DNA of 64,000 bases from Bispira polyomma (GCA_965649765.1 OZ287758.1:21266001-21330000); one strand, 5' to 3'. Shown: positions 12,991-28,508, counted from the first letter of the stretch. The notes: generated by a model not told the origin, from the sequence alone. Translations and numbers: made by a program.

Positions 12991-15489
12991 TGCGTGACCC
13001 TTTTTTAATTATCAATGAAACATGTGGGCTGGCAATTTATGTCCTTACTTTTTTCACTTTAGTCTAAGGACTCAACATTACTTTAGATTTAAGGATTTAC
13101 CACTAGATATAGGATAGATCACCAGCTTGTGTGTGAGATAAACACAATTTGACCTCAGCTGGCTCCATTAACCTATTAATTTAAAATCATAATACATTTT
13201 AATGTCAAAGTTAATTGTTCACTCTGTTTACCATCCTTTAGTGCGTTTTTTTTTAATTTGCAGCCTTAATTATCATAAATTATCATACATCACATTATTT
13301 CCAATCACATTTGTCAAAGTGAAAAATAGGGCAATCGATTGGCTTTTTTTGTTTTCAAGTAATGCCATGGTCACACTGAGCATGTTTTACTTACATTTAA
13401 AATTCCATAAACGTGAGGGAACATAAGTAAACAAAGTCAAAATTTTGAGCGTAAATAGCGGAAGCCAAAATTATGTCCAAGGTGCTTCTATTACGCTTTA
13501 AGCATATTTAATTTATTTTCTTCCCACTTGTTCCGCATACTGACACGCATGGAATGTGATTTTAGCTGCCATTTTAATAATTTGCATTTGTTTAATAATC
13601 AGTATTTGCCATTTTAACAATGGCAGGTAAATAAAAAATTAAATGAAAATGTAGTAAATTGATATGGGTGTACACATGTAAATTTACTTAAAAGTAATAT
13701 GTAAATTAATTACCCGTTTATAGTGGGATACTAAATATAAAGAGGTTTAGAAACAGGTATTCCTTATCTGTCACACATGTGTGAACTAATGGGAAGTACA
13801 GTTATTAATAGTATATTATTGCAAAATACAGCTATCATATTTCAGAGTACATCTTATGTAATACACTAAAGAATGAATGAATAAAAGTATTGAAACGTAT
13901 TAACATTTTATGTTTGTAATTTTCAAACCAAAAATGTAGAGGTTTGTATTGAGCTGTATTTGATGGTTAAGTATTTGACAATACACTTAATGCATCCTTT
14001 CTTGGCTTTATGGAGTAAAAATGATGTTGTTTGGCAGTGGAAGTTTAATAAAACAGCAATCAATAATGTGCACTTGGACATGTCACGCAAATCAGCCCTT
14101 ATTCTGATACTTGGCTCTGTGATATTACAACTAGCATCAATAATTTATTACAGTTAGGCACTGATATTCTGCCTCCAAGCCAACAGATACATTGATACAG
14201 CCACACATACAGATGGTTATCCTAGTTATATATGTATGAGAACTTGAGATATAATAATGAATAATATACACTGCCTTGTATTCAAATGAACTATAAATAA
14301 AAGTAGCAAAAAGATATTAGAGAAAAAATATTAGAGAAAAAAAGATGAAGCAGACTTTTTATAGATGGATTTTTTATGACATTTGATCAAAAGTTAATGT
14401 CGGGTTTTCTTTTGCAGTGAGATTTGTTATGGGACACAAACAGAAGTTATTGAATGCCCAGGGAGTATAACAAAAAAAACTACAATTGTTTGAACTGCTC
14501 TCCAGTTTTCACACACAACTCTTGTATAATAGGCTAAGAAGCCGATCAGTCTTTACTCCTGGGAATTTAACCTCATTGATTGCTTATCAGTGAGTAGGAA
14601 ACTCCAGTTGAAATCCAATTTTTAGTGTCTTCTTTGAAAGGGGGCAAGTGTGGGCTGAAGTGAGTGAGATGAGGGAGATTAAGTGATTACTGACAGGAAA
14701 ATGGGATCAGGGCCTGCTGGTAACAAAGGCCATATTTGTTGTATCAAGTCATTTGATTGGCTGGTGAAACAGTCTGCAGCAATCTGATTGGCAGAAACAG
14801 TGCGCATAAGGCCCCAGGATCTGTTTACCTTCAGATTCTTACAATATATCCCCGTTACGAAGATACAATTCGCAGGTGGGACAGTAATTCACAGTCATGA
14901 TTTCAGCTAGCTTCTAAATTTTTAAGTGCCATCATTAATCAATATGCTGGCCCTAAGATCGTTACCCTGTATAAAGGCAATGTAAAAACACTATTCTGTT
15001 TGTAGATCTACAGGTAAATAAAACCTGTCAGGTTGACCTCAACTAGATGCCCTCTTAAATATGTTACCATGGTATTATTGTAAATTTGGTGATTGTATCA
15101 ATTTTAATGTTTGTGTTGCAACATTACATACAGCACTGACTTGATTACATAAATATCTACAGAACAGTATTGGACGTCAAGAGGCAGTTATCCAAAGATA
15201 TTATTCCAAAATATATTTCTAGAGAGTTAAACCAGGAACACTGTGATTAGCAGGTCAATTCTAAAGCACAAGAGCATGGGAGGCGACAATATTAATCTAG
15301 AAATTTGAATGCTTTAATATAATATAAAAGGTCACACCTTGAACAGCTGTAAAATTTTTAAAAAGTAAGCCACAATGGTGATATGACAAGATGAAACAGA
15401 AAAAGGCTCCTCTAATGTTCAGTAAACTTATCTATCAGTTTACATGATAAATCAAAGTCATGGCTGTAATTGTTATACCCTGATAAACA

Positions 15490-16368
15490 GGGGGGTTCCA
15501 CATTCAAGTTCAATCGGCAAAATGGGCCCGATTTTAAAGTCGGGAAGGTCGGGGCGAAGAAATCAACAAAATCCACTTTTTAGGCTGGAAAATGACAATG
15601 TGTCCCGACCTTGCAGATTGAACTGATTGCACCCTGTTTTGACAGGCCTGCGACCCCGATCTTACTTTACTGGCGATAGGATCTGATGTATCGCCCTAGG
15701 ATCAAACTTATCAGCAATATGATCTGATGAATTCATATCCCCCACCATAAGGATCAAACGTATAAAAAGTCAGGACTGTTATGGTATAATAGTCAGGACT
15801 GTTATGGTATAATATAGATGACAAAATGAGGTTATTGTACTGAAATAAAAGAAATACTACCTGTTTAGACCTCATTTTTTATGAAAGTTTGTCAAAAATA
15901 ACAGCAAAAAAATTCATCATTCATGTACATGAACTGCACCCGAAGTGGGTTTGATGCCGCAAAGGTAAACAACTTTTAAACTGATTTCCGTTATCAGGAC
16001 TAACAAAATGACAAACTAGGCTTAAAATATGTGTCTATATTCTTCCCGACCTTCCAGACCACCCCATTTTCGTCCCCCAACCTATACGTTTTGATGGGCC
16101 AGCTTAGGACAAGCCGGGAGTGATATTAAGCCCTATCATACAAAACGTATCGCCAATAGGATCGAACTTACTCACCGAAGCCGACCTATATGTTTTTGAA
16201 GGTCCAGGACTGAAGTCGGGACACTTTTACAAAATATCTAATTATTTTGATATTCCGATCTTCCCGACCACCCCGTTTTTGGCCCCGACCTATACGTTTT
16301 GCCGATTTTCCTGTTATTGATCACCAAGTCGGGAAGATCGGGACTAAATCCTGAATGTGGAACCCCCA
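15490..16368. mobile_element. Non-autonomous DNA transposon (MITE) with TIRs and subterminal repeats
   Basis: Ends ggggggttccacattca / tgaatgtggaaccccc; many internal tcccgac/gtcggga repeats; 23-bp tandem agtcaggactgttatggtataat inside. Confidence 0.8.
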
Positions 16369-16863
16369 CTTAAGAAATTTAGCTAATCAATTGGTTGAAA
16401 CAAGGTCAGATTTGATAAATCTGCTACCGTCTACTTGACTACACTTTTAAGAATTCACTATTTTCGGTGTAATAAATAAACACTGTCAGGTGAACCCACT
16501 TTATAGCTGCCTTCAGACAAGTTACAGCATACCAGTTTCCATGGTAACCCCAAATATGGTATTTTTTGTTAACCTGTAAAAATCTGCCACATAAAGTACA
16601 AATTCTATTATTACTCGTACAAAGGTAAACACTCACAATTTTATACAAATATGAAAGGTCTTTTTTGAGAATCTACTTCAGGTGAGTCGTGAGTTTGGTC
16701 CCAATTTCACAAAGTCCTGCTACAATTAGTAGGTATTGGCCTACTAAGTCCTAACTTTAGTAGAGCCATAAAAAGGTCCAATATATCGTTTTACAAAGCA
16801 CCAAATAAAGAGGAAAACACCTTTCATACATAAACAAGTTGCATTCCATTCAAAACTATCTAT

Positions 16864-17302
16864 GTGGAGTCATCTTTCGTTTGGGAATCCGTACTGATGT
16901 CACCATACCTCAAGAAACTTCACTGGCTTCCTATTCACTATCGAATCCTGTTTAAAATGCACGCAACCATCTTTAAAGCTGTTGTCTCTCAACAGCCTTA
17001 CTACCTCGCTACTGAACTCTCCTTCAGCAGCCTTAAAAGGGGAAAGAGACTCTCTGTTTCCTCTAAAAAATCCACCAAGAGGGTTGGATCCAGAGCCTTC
17101 TCGGTTGCCACCCCTATGTTATGGAACAGCTTTCCAGTTGAACTTAGACTGTTTGAAACACTTTCTGGTTTTAGTAGAAAGCTTAAAACCTATCTCTTTA
17201 GGCTCGCCTATCCGCCGTAGTCCTCTCCCTGGGCGATGACGCATCCATCCTTACGACCTGGTTATGTTTTTTTTTTTATTTTTCAATACAATACAATACA
17301 AT
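16864..17302 (+). mobile_element. L2-clade LINE 3' end (ORF2 C-terminus) with (caata)n tail
   Basis: ORF 16864-17220 has LHWLPIHYRILFK ... RAFSVATPMLWNSFP ... LKTYLF, typical L2 ORF2 C-terminal motifs; caatacaatacaata tail at ~17284-17302. Confidence 0.85.
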
Positions 17303-17377
17303 AGTAGAGTCACTAGATTATTGTAGCATTCTAGTTTCCATGGTAACCTGAAATAGTTTTGGTACTTTGTGAAACAA

Positions 17378-17622
17378 GGGCCATATTTACAAAATCTCCT
17401 AGTCTTAACTTAGCCTTGAGCCTAAGATTTCGGTTTTTGATTTGGGCCCAAACGGTTAAGGCTTCGGTCTTAGTCACAATGATAGTAAAATATATTTGGT
17501 CAGTGTTGATTTTTCTCTTAACACTAAGACTAGCAGCAAGTAGTAAAGATAGTTAAATATTTCACACATAAATGTTAAGCCTAACACTAAGGCTAGACTA
17601 AGACATTTTGTGAATACGGCCC
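17378..17622. mobile_element. Small palindromic MITE
   Basis: gggccatatttacaaaatctcctagtctta ... tagactaagacattttgtgaatacggccc inverted ends. Confidence 0.8.
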
Positions 17623-17833
17623 CAGAGGCCTGATTTTCATCTTGCCAAGATATTCAAGATGGCAGGTAAAATCCACTAAGGCCGAGCTATTATGAAATAA
17701 ACAACATTTCAAAAAACGAGTGCATGACCTTAGGGAAATAGTGACATGTACTCAGATATTAGACTCTACAAATAAACAAAACCCACATATGTCAGTGAGG
17801 TTAGTAATTAGTTTTCAGCCATTAATTACTTAC

Positions 17834-17882
17834 CCCTCTTTAAACTTTGGCCTTTCAGCAATATTTGTCGCTGATTGTCCAT
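17834..17882 (-). CDS. Alternative first coding exon C (MDNQRQILLKGQSLKR)
   Basis: - strand ggcgccATGG (strong Kozak), 16 codons + 1 nt, then G|gtaagt (phase 1). In-frame TAA 11 codons upstream; Inr-like TCAGTT at 18217-18212. Confidence 0.6.
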
Positions 17883-20236
17883 GGCGCCGACGTTTGTAAT
17901 ATTTATTATCTTTTATTCACCACTTATTTGCTCTTTATTGTGATGTTTAAAACTGTGAATCACATCATGTTAATCCAATTGATACATTGTTTTTTTTTTT
18001 TACTTTTTCATCTAGTATCTGTTATTTACACTTGAATCTACTTTCTTATTTTAACCGGTAAACCTATCCATGTGTACTGGATGCATTGAGTAATCACACT
18101 AACTGCTGCTGATATGGATGTTTTGCTGTACTAATCAGTATTGTATTTTGCTGTGTAAGCTAGGACCTTGTGTTATCCATAACTACACTGTCTCTTTTCA
18201 CATATCCTCAGAACTGACTCAATAAAAGACAAAAAATACCCCCCACTGCCTTGACATTTATCTCTTCTCAGAGATGTGGAGATATTGTAACATTTACAGC
18301 CAGAATGCTCAATGTATATACATAACAACAAACCTACATGCTTGTATTAATCCATAACCTACCCATAGGTTTCCCACTCCCTCATGTCAACAACCTTTGG
18401 GGTAGTTATTTTTCTCCCCATATCTGTGTTACTCAAACACATACAACACATTAATGCCACTCATACCATATATGGAATTGATTGTCATTGACCAATCAAC
18501 CGTGACATGTATGTAGCTGGTACAACAATGAGAGTGAGAGGTGGGGTGTGGGGGTAAAATGTGTCTACACACATATTTCCCTTGACCAATGTAACCAGTC
18601 GTAACTGAATGGGCGATAATGCGGCAGTTTGGGACTTGCTAAAACATGTAATGTTTGTAATTTACGGCTAACAATCATACTTCACTGTACTCTAATGTGT
18701 ATTAATTATCATGTATATATAATTTAATAGCCTCATATTATTGTAGAATAATAAATTATATAACAGTGGAATGCATAAAAGACGTGGTGTTGGGCATTAG
18801 TTGTATTAGAAGTGGTACAAATAGGCACAGTTAAAGGCAATCCCATTGAGGAAATCAATAAGCAAGAGAGAACACACACATACCCGCGAACAGTGCCTCT
18901 ATTGCAGCTATTTACTTCTCCATTGCCAACATGTGTGCCAGTTGAAAATAAATTAATGCAAAAGCCCTTCAATTTTGCGCCAGTTTAACTTCTCGCCTGA
19001 TGATGATGAGAGCTTACTTTTTTTAACTGGCTTCATAAAAAACTACAAATTTTATGTGGGTTTTAAGCTTCAAGGTATCTAGCTGTCAGATGAAAGTATG
19101 TTGTTTGTTGGGGTATTGCCTTTGTTTCAGATAGCACAGGTCCATTTGAAGTACATTACTGTACAAAATTACAGGACAGAGTAGTATGTATCTTTTTATA
19201 TTGGCAATGAAGTAAAATATAAAAAGTGTAAACACATTTTTAAAAAGGTTGGAATAATAGAATAGTAACACATAGACTTCTCAACAGTTCAGCAGTTTCT
19301 GGGTTTTTTTTTTTTTTTCTTCGAGTTTCAGTTTTGGAAACCATATTATTAGCTGTTTAATTTTGTTTAAGCTAAACTTATTATTAACTGTTTCATATTG
19401 TTAAAGCTAAGGTATACTTCAGTTTAAGCTTAGGGTGTGTTTGGGACTAATAATCTATCCAAATCAATCTCGTGTCTTTGCATCTCAAGATAACTTAATT
19501 TTTTTCTGGTAACATACCAGATATTGAATTTACAAACCTAATTTTTGCTATAACTCAACTAGTCCTAACTGTTAGCTGTGCATATATAAACACAAGAGAT
19601 ATATGTGCTTTTTACTTTTGTTATCTTAGTAGTCACTTTCCATAATTTAAAAACATATGACAATTTTGTCAGCAATAAATGACATTTCCAGCTCTATTTT
19701 AGAATAATTAACTGAAACACAATGCAAACATTCAAAGTCTATGACACACTCTAGAGGACAGTTTGAATGGAGTGACAAACAACTATCAGTAATTAACACC
19801 ACATATCTACTTGTTGACATTGAAAGAAGCCACTGACATCATTTATGTTGGTAATTTTAAAAGATATGTATATGCATGCAAGTTGCATATCAAACCATAT
19901 AAACACCATGCATAAGTATGGGTATATGCTGTTGGTATTTAAGGTGAATATTTTCAAAGATGAAAAATTGGATTAAATAATTCCTTTCAGAATTTTTATG
20001 TTTTATTGTAAAGTCTACTAATGACCTACTATTAAATTTTAACAAATATCACATATTCAATCGTTTTCCATACTATCGTTGATATTCCCATAAATAGAAG
20101 TTTAAATCTGCAACTGGTAACACACTTTAATAGGAATAGTTTATGTCTGCTTCAAAATTTCAAGACAACAGATTGAGATGGAAACCAACGTTTCTTCCTG
20201 TCACTTCACTATCAATTACGTTTGAGTGGTACTTAC

Positions 20237-20300
20237 AGTGATTCTTGTCAAAGATGTTTGACACTCTATCCAACAACATCAATTTTTCTTCTGGTTTCAT
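20237..20300 (-). CDS. Alternative first coding exon B (MKPEEKLMLLDRVSNIFDKNH)
   Basis: - strand ATG with in-frame TAA two codons upstream, 21 codons + 1 nt, then T|gtaagt (phase 1). TATAAAG about 110 nt upstream. Confidence 0.6.
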
Positions 20301-22259
20301 TATTTAGTTAATTCTTCTCCACTATATTCCAAAATAGACAAACTAACGCCTGATTGTTCACACTGTTAAGGAATAAGAAAGTAGCAATGTTCTATGTAGC
20401 CTCTGCTTTATATTTGGAAATCAAAACAATCCATCTGTTGCACGTTGGTAATAATAATCCAAATATTTGAGTAAAATATCTTGTAAACCTATAAACATAC
20501 AACCACAATATCTGTCCAGTCTGTTATCTATTTACCTTCACCAAATAGACTGACTGGATCTTATAGCAGGTTATTTAGGGGTGTCTGTGTCGATACATTA
20601 GTAGCTTCAAAAAGAAACACCAGTCTGATGGATTATAAAGATTAATAAGACCATAGAGGTTTGAAGATAATAGACTTAACTCTGTAATGACAATCAACGC
20701 CAAATCAAACTTATAACAGTAATTTTGATATCTAAAACAATTACCTAGATAATTTTACATCAGAAATAGAAGATTAATATCAAACCGTTAGGATACTACT
20801 ATGTACTAAGTTTTGGATACTAAGAAAGGCCTTAAACTGAAGGGGACAGACATAGCAGTCGATTATTGGTAATTGGCTTTGCTACAACAACAGCCAATTT
20901 GTGTCAGTGATTTCTACCAGCACAAGCTTAGGCTACCTTAATAAACCACATATTAAAGTCATGTTAAATAATTGGAACTGCAAAGTCTTTATATGTTTTT
21001 ATAACATAAGTCCCCAATGTGATATGTAACATTTCAAATAAACTTGTAACATACAAGCTTTTATTATAATAATGATCTATTTATTTTTTGTGGTACGATG
21101 TACTTCAGTTTGTGATGTCCATGTCTGTACAATTAGCTATCCCTAATATTGGCTGAGCCATGTGACTGTACAATGTTACTGGAGACTTCTATTGACTGCC
21201 CTCACAATACTGCATTGGCAGATTAGTGCTAGAGTCATTTGTTCCCGCTGAGATTTATGAGGTATGTATACAAAGACATCTGAGCAAATGATAAACATGC
21301 CTTGGTCTTAGAAGTGACGTGCCTCCCTACTTCAGAGGAAGGTGCTTTCATATTGTTGCTGTTCTGCATACGACTCATTATCACCTTTCAATGCATGAAG
21401 ATTATTGCAGCTACGATGATAGAAAGAGAGTTTGTATGCAGTTAATGTCAGAAATTCAGATATATATGTATATCTCACTAAACTATTCTGAAATATAACA
21501 GGCACTAATAAATTATCAATTAAGTTCACCAATATCTCTCTCTTTCTATATAACTACAAATACAATTAAGATGAGACAGCCTCTAACATAATTCATTTAC
21601 AGGTCATATATTTATGTTAGGATAGCCTATTGGCATTTAATAAAAATGTGTTTACATATACAATTTCACATCACTTAAAACACAAACTGTTACAAAAAAT
21701 AGAGCCACAATACAACTTAACAAAGAAACATTTGAAAAGACCGACTTACAGTTTCTTAATATACAGATAAAATTTTAACTATAAATTATTGTTGTTCACA
21801 CATTGAAGACATAATTGGAAAGTGCGAAGAAAGTAGAAGGTGCAAACGTCGGTAGCATAAACTTGGAGTTAATTGATTAAAAATTATCGACAGAAGAATG
21901 GAAGAGAACACAGGAAATTTAAATCCCTTAACTTAAAGTAGGGTGACAATTACGTCAGTAGATGCAGGGGATTAAAACATGAGACAGCTTCATTGCCATG
22001 CCAAGTACCTTATACCTAGCGAGACCAATCAATGCAAATAAATCTTCTATACTAAATAAATTAAAGTTCCGTGTTGTTCCAAGGAATCGCATTGGTTAAA
22101 TTCGTGCCAAAGTAGATTAATTTATCAGCTAGTTATGACCATATGTTTGAGCATTTGGAATCTATGGAATTCTAGAAAGGGAAAAATATCTAGCCTTGCA
22201 TTGACGAGTACCTCTATTGAAGATATTACAAAAGGTATATCTATGTCGTGACATGTTAC

Positions 22260-22440
22260 AATAGCCTTGCGGTTGGAAGAGTTCGTTTTAAAATCACTGG
22301 CCTCCCACCAATATGAGTTCAACTTTGGTTTGTTACTTTATGTGGGAAAGTTTGTTGGGTAGAATCTATGTGCCATCCATACGTAGGTCAATAGTTTCCT
22401 CCAATGTTCAATCTGTCAGTCGTCATATGACCTAAGCTCA
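22260..22440 (+). mobile_element. Degenerate SINE remnant related to the 12110-12347 family
   Basis: aatcactggcctcccaccaatatgagttcaa ... atgtgggaaagtttg ... gtttcctcca ... gtcgtcatatgaccta. Confidence 0.5.
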
Positions 22441-25400
22441 ATTTAAATGTATGTGTAGAAAACCTTCTTCTTGTGTTCCTTTTATAAATATACCACTTTA
22501 GGACTATTAAAATATCTAAAATTTAGGTATCATGTAAATCCTGAGATGACTGGAGATAATACTAAACACTAAACAAAAAACTGGGTTAATAGAGCAATTT
22601 AAGGCATTTTAAAGTAAAATTAAAACTATTGACATTAAATATAAAATAATGTATCAATTGTAAATTGAATAGAATTTAAGCATATTTCAATGTAAACTTG
22701 TACAAATGGAATAAAGGGAATTATATGATAAATAAACATGAATTTTAGGTTTAGGACAAGATCTGTGGTCTGGTGATCCAAAATTAACATATCTTAACTA
22801 TTTTATTATATTGAGATAACTCGGTGAGAAGTGTGAACCTTTTCTTATCTATGTTTGCTAAGTGGCTCTGATGATCACTTAAATTGGTGGTCCTCTGTCA
22901 CGGAGTATTATTTCTAGTAGCAGATTAAAGATCCTTGGTGATGTTGATAAATGGTCATCCTCAAAAAAGCCTCGGCGCCTATAGTGGTAGCACATGAAGA
23001 AGTGCATTTTAAAGAACGCTTTAACAAATGTCCTATTTCATTCCATATGCCTTCGAAATAAAATAATAAAAGCTGAGGTTAATTTTTATTGTGTAAAACT
23101 CCAGTCACTACAATTATGTATCAGGAAGTGCCTGGGAACAAATAGGAAGGTATAAAATAAAAAAAACTATCGAATGTATCTGTATAAGCAGATCCAGTGT
23201 TATTGTAAATCATGATGCAGATATACACCCTGGCACCAACATGTCTCACCATGCCCTTTTAAAGATTTTTACCATCGGGCTCTATCCCAAATGTCATGAT
23301 ATTTCCAGATTCCTACCAATAACGTCCATTGCTATTGATCAAGCTCCTATCTAAGGATTGAAAAAAAACGGGACCTTAAAGGTCGATAGTTCTATATCTG
23401 TTTGACCAATTCTCCCCCAGGTTGATGTATCAGAAGCTTATGTTATTACTGCATAGAAATCTTTAGCTTTTTCTCTATTTTTACCAGGCATGTCATAACA
23501 GAATGTTCAGATTTTTTTTCTTGTAAGCAGCAAAATGTTGCATAATTAATAAACACGAAATGAGTATTGATTATTAATGGGATGATGCCATCGGAAGTAT
23601 AAAGGAAATTATATAAGAAATGTCTGATAAATACACATGTTAAATATAAGGGGTGAATGCTGTCATACAATTATAATATTTGTTCCAGTTTCTTGCTTTG
23701 ACATGGCTCACCATAAGTTTTCTGTAATGTTATTAACAATACAGTGTGTCCTATCATTACACGATACCTGTATAAATTGTAATATCACATTTAGTACATG
23801 AGTAACTCCAAAACAAAATGCCTCTAAACAAAATGCCTCTCGCTGAAAGAACCAATGCAAGTGTTCTATTGCATAACGGATTTTGCAAATAAGTCATAAC
23901 CTACATGAGTACATTGTGAGTCAAAGATGAATACGGACTGTCCATGACAAGATCTGGAATCTGCATCTGTGTCTGAGTCCTTTGAATTTTTCCTAACTTT
24001 CACCAGACAATTATTGTGCACATTAAGTTGGTAAAAATATGGTAGGTTTAATCTAGATGTTTTGATAAGCAAGTCAAAATTACTATAGTATGCAGAGAGA
24101 AATGATTAACATAGAACCAAAATATAATAAACACTAGGAAAAGTTAACATCACCAGTATAGCCATAACAAATATGACTGTTAATTGCATCAATAAAAAGT
24201 TTGTACAGTGCATCTTACATTGCTTTAAAATAAGCAAAAATGATAGATGACATATGCAATAAACATATGGTTTCATCCACCATTTTATAACCATACCTAA
24301 ATTGGTATTACATGCAATACACTATATCTACATGCTTCTAAAGTCACTAAAAAATTACAAGTCTGTACCCCTTAGGATGTCGTGGCACTTTTATATGTTT
24401 GTGTTTATTGTATGTGAATGTAAATTGTACTCAATCATAAGTCCGTGGAAGATCTAACACGATAATGTAACAAACTATCTAATGATGCCAAGTTCTTATG
24501 GAAAATGATGTGAAGAATTTACATAAACATTATGTCATACAGTGAACAGAAATATAACTTGGGACAAAGGTATGTGTGTTTAATTAAGTTGTGTGTTTGT
24601 TTAAACTTACATTTAATAACCATCACAGACTCATATTTTTGGAGATGCAAGTGATTCTTAAGTAATAATTATTTATTGTAATTTTGTCCAAGAAATAAAT
24701 ATTTTACCAATACTTTTATGCAGACAAATCATATTTTAATTATTTCAAAAATAAACATGACATTGCACTGCAGAGTTAATTTAGAGCAACAGTCGAAAGA
24801 GTGCAATCCCATACTGTACAACTATTGTAAAAGCTATATCAGACACTCACTATTTCTACTCAGGGTGTTTCTAGCTGGCTGAGTAGGTGTGGTGGTGGCT
24901 GAAGTCTCTGGCATGATCCTGTCATAGGAGGTGGGTCCAATTAGACTACCTAGGGAGTTGAACCTGTCTGCCAACTTCTGTACTTTCTTCAAACTCATTA
25001 TCAGAACACCAAGCTGACGGTCATGGTAATGATTAAAGTGTCACCAGCAAATAGTTTTTCTTTCAGTAAATGTCCAAAATAAGCTAATTTACTCTTTTAA
25101 ATTTAATGATGGTGTGACCACTTTATTCAGTTTATCCCTTGCAAGATACGTCCGTCACACTGGTTTGAAAAGTTTCTGCAAATGTCACACACCTCTAGAT
25201 ATATTTACAATAATAACACATCCAACATATCCCCCCAAAATGTCAATGTTGCACTATACATGAGGGCAATTTTAATTCTCTATTTGCTTACAGTGATTAG
25301 TTTTGTCGCTTCAACTTGATATACTAATTAAGTTTGTGTGAAGTTCTACTGCATTGACACTCACACATTAAATCCATCAATACAACCTATTCATAATGCC

Positions 25401-28400
25401 AGCCGAAACCGTCTGTCTGTTATGGTTTCTCCTCTAGACTTGTTATGTACTAGTTATGCAATGTTCATTTACTGACTAATCATGTTTATGGGTCCCTTAC
25501 ACAGACAAATCAATAAATGCGTGTATTCTTTATTTACATGTATATGCAGAAAAAGTCTACTGTCTACATTTTTTGTTCACTAACATACTGGCTTGGATGA
25601 GGTAGTCCATCTGTACCTTGCTATAGGAATGGCTATATAATTATTAATATTCCCCGAGGAAGCAACCGTTGACCTTCAAATCCAGTTTGAGGCCGCTTCT
25701 TAAATTATTTAATGTCTGTTACCCAAAAAAGCAGCAAATCAAACGCAGCCAGGCTGTTGTAAAACATTAAGGTTCAAATACCATGAAGAGGTTTTGTGTG
25801 TTCTGCCTATACTTATGGAGTTAATGTATCCACAATGATTAGTCTCCCTGTAAATGGCAAGGGACCAAGCCTACAGCAGTGTATAATCAGGCTTGAATCT
25901 ATACCGTCCCTCTCAGCTTCCTCTTTTCAACAAGCTGTATTTTGTTATAGTTGTTAATATTTGCCTGCAAAACGTGTTTAAACCTTTACCGATTTTTGTT
26001 TTTTTCCTTAATTTCCTTAATATATTAACTGATATATTTACAGCAAACTTTTAAAAAAAACCTGCATTATTTCGAGAGCATTCAATATTTATAGATTTGT
26101 TTATTATGCATCCACAGTTGTAGTACAACCTTATATAGTTGCCCATTACAAGATTAGCTCTGTTAAAGTTACTTAGCAATTAGTATGATTGTATAAGTAT
26201 GCATAGTATAATTTGTAGGTGTTGCACAAGATACTTTTTTTAATTTATTTCCAGATCAACTGCAGGTAACAATTCTGTAACCGTAACACCATGTTTATAT
26301 CAGAACAAAATTCACTTTTTTTGCTTGAGCATCCTTTATTAAGTACAGTTTTATGACTTTCCATAAACCAGTTGACAATAAGATAAAACCTTGTGGTTGA
26401 CACCCGTTGCTATGTAGCCATCACAAGTCAGTGAGAGTTTTACTCAATGTCCCCAACTCTACAGTCTAGCAATGACATTAGCGTGACCACAGATAAATCT
26501 GTCAGTGTTACACTTGCCTAACTTCTCTATAAGCAGTATGCTACTTAGAGAGAAATAAACCACAGGAGAAATGGCAATTATTAATATACCCCATACAGCC
26601 CTTTCCGTCACTCAATAACTTTGTGTGGGCTAGAACTTCCTTTTTACACAAAATAATTAAATACAACCTTTTCTTGGATGTTTCTTGTACTTTGTGTATT
26701 CTACTCACATGAGCAGTGCAGTCTAACTTGCCATATCAAGTTGAAATAGCTTTGAAAAACTTCTTTTTCAAATTCTCTCTCAAACATTCACCCAATACAC
26801 CCTTCTATTATATGTTCTGCTGTGCCTATTCTACACACACAAGCATTGCAGTTTAACTTTCCATATCAAGTTGAAACTTTTTCTTTCTGTTCTATTCCAT
26901 TCCTTGTTTCACATAAAATGTATCATGCTAAATTTAGTTTAACCCCATTTTGCTTTAATTCCGAGGTGCAATTTTAACATCTCAATTTGTCTGCATCATG
27001 TCAAGCAAATAATCCAATTTAAAAAGACTTTAAGAACCAGTTACAAAAAACACAAAAAACACACAAAGTATGTCAATGCGACCATGCTCTCCAAATTTGA
27101 TTTTCGTGTATTTTTTCCTTATTGAATTTGTCACTTAAGGTTTAACTGCATTCCATCACAGATATTCACTCTAGTACTAAACACCCTTCCCTAGACCAAC
27201 ACTCCTTACTGTTAGTGTAGCCCCAAAACACACTACCATCTTTTAAAATTGATAGCCTGTCATACAAGAGCTATAGCTTACTGGCTTGGATGTTCTTTAG
27301 AAGAGCAGAGCCTTAGTTTATGTACTACTTACAGTGTAACTGTTGATTTTTGTGATGTATCTTTAATAGAAACTCACTTAAATTTGAAAACTAGATCATC
27401 CATTAGGGTGCAGTTATAGCTGCCCTGAATAGATGTTCTTATGACTTATACATGGGCTGTTTGTGTTATATATTAAAACTAATGGCAGAATGTTGCAGCA
27501 ATGGGGACACTGAGTCACTGTTCTGTGACCATCATTGTTGATCAGTTATTCCTCCAAGGAAAACAAGATACTTGAATTTGGGGAAAGTAAAGAGCTCCCC
27601 CAGAATGAAATTACTTCTGCTATTCTTGGCAAGCTGTATTCCCTAAAAAGAGCCAATCAATCCAGTTTGGGCTACCACAAAATGGACTCATCAGGGGATA
27701 GTGTATGTAGTGTCTCATCCACAGATAAGCCGATTGTTTTCCCAAACGAGTCACACAAATCTCATCCTGGGGATTCCGTAATCAGGTTCTGGCCTAGCGA
27801 CCTGAAGTCACCAATCTTCATCATTCGAAAGGCAAATGGGAAATCTATAAAACTCTTTCAAGGGGGAGGGGGGAGGGGCAGATGGAGAGTCTCTTTGCGT
27901 GGAAAGGTGTCAAGAACAAGGAGTACATAAATTGGGGAGGGAAAGTTGTGGTGGGCAAATAAATGGACACAATTGCATGGCTTCTGAGGGCAATACTTGT
28001 CCAAAATGGTTGTGGAGTCCATCTTTTAATCTGCATCAAGAGGGCTTCTCACTTTTCTCTTTTTATGAGGGACTCAGTGACACTCATTTGTGAGTAGACA
28101 CTCAATTCTCAATATTTGTAACATGAAAACCATGCTGCTATTTTAGTAGATCTTCATTATGAAGAAATCAATTGTGGGAATATTTATGACACATTTATTT
28201 AAAACATTACAGTTTTTAGTATCACACCGGAGACACATTTTAGGACAAACAGTATTAGGACAAACAGGGAAAACAGAGGATAGGAATTTGCTTAAATGAT
28301 TAGGCCCAACTGTTCTTTGTGTGTGGGTGTTTATTATTACAGCTCTAGGAAGAGTTTATTGGTCTATAGCTACTAATGTTATAATGGATACAGGCCTCTG

Positions 28401-28508
28401 CAGCCCTTGACCCCATATAATCTACCAGACTATTACAACGTTGGCTAGAAATACTATTTATTTGAAAACATCTGGAACCATAACAGAACTGAGAAAAAAC
28501 CTCTCAAA

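Noticed and set aside
27535-27930. 131-aa + strand ORF
   Set aside because: Non-ATG start, no motif and no convincing splice partners; most likely chance.
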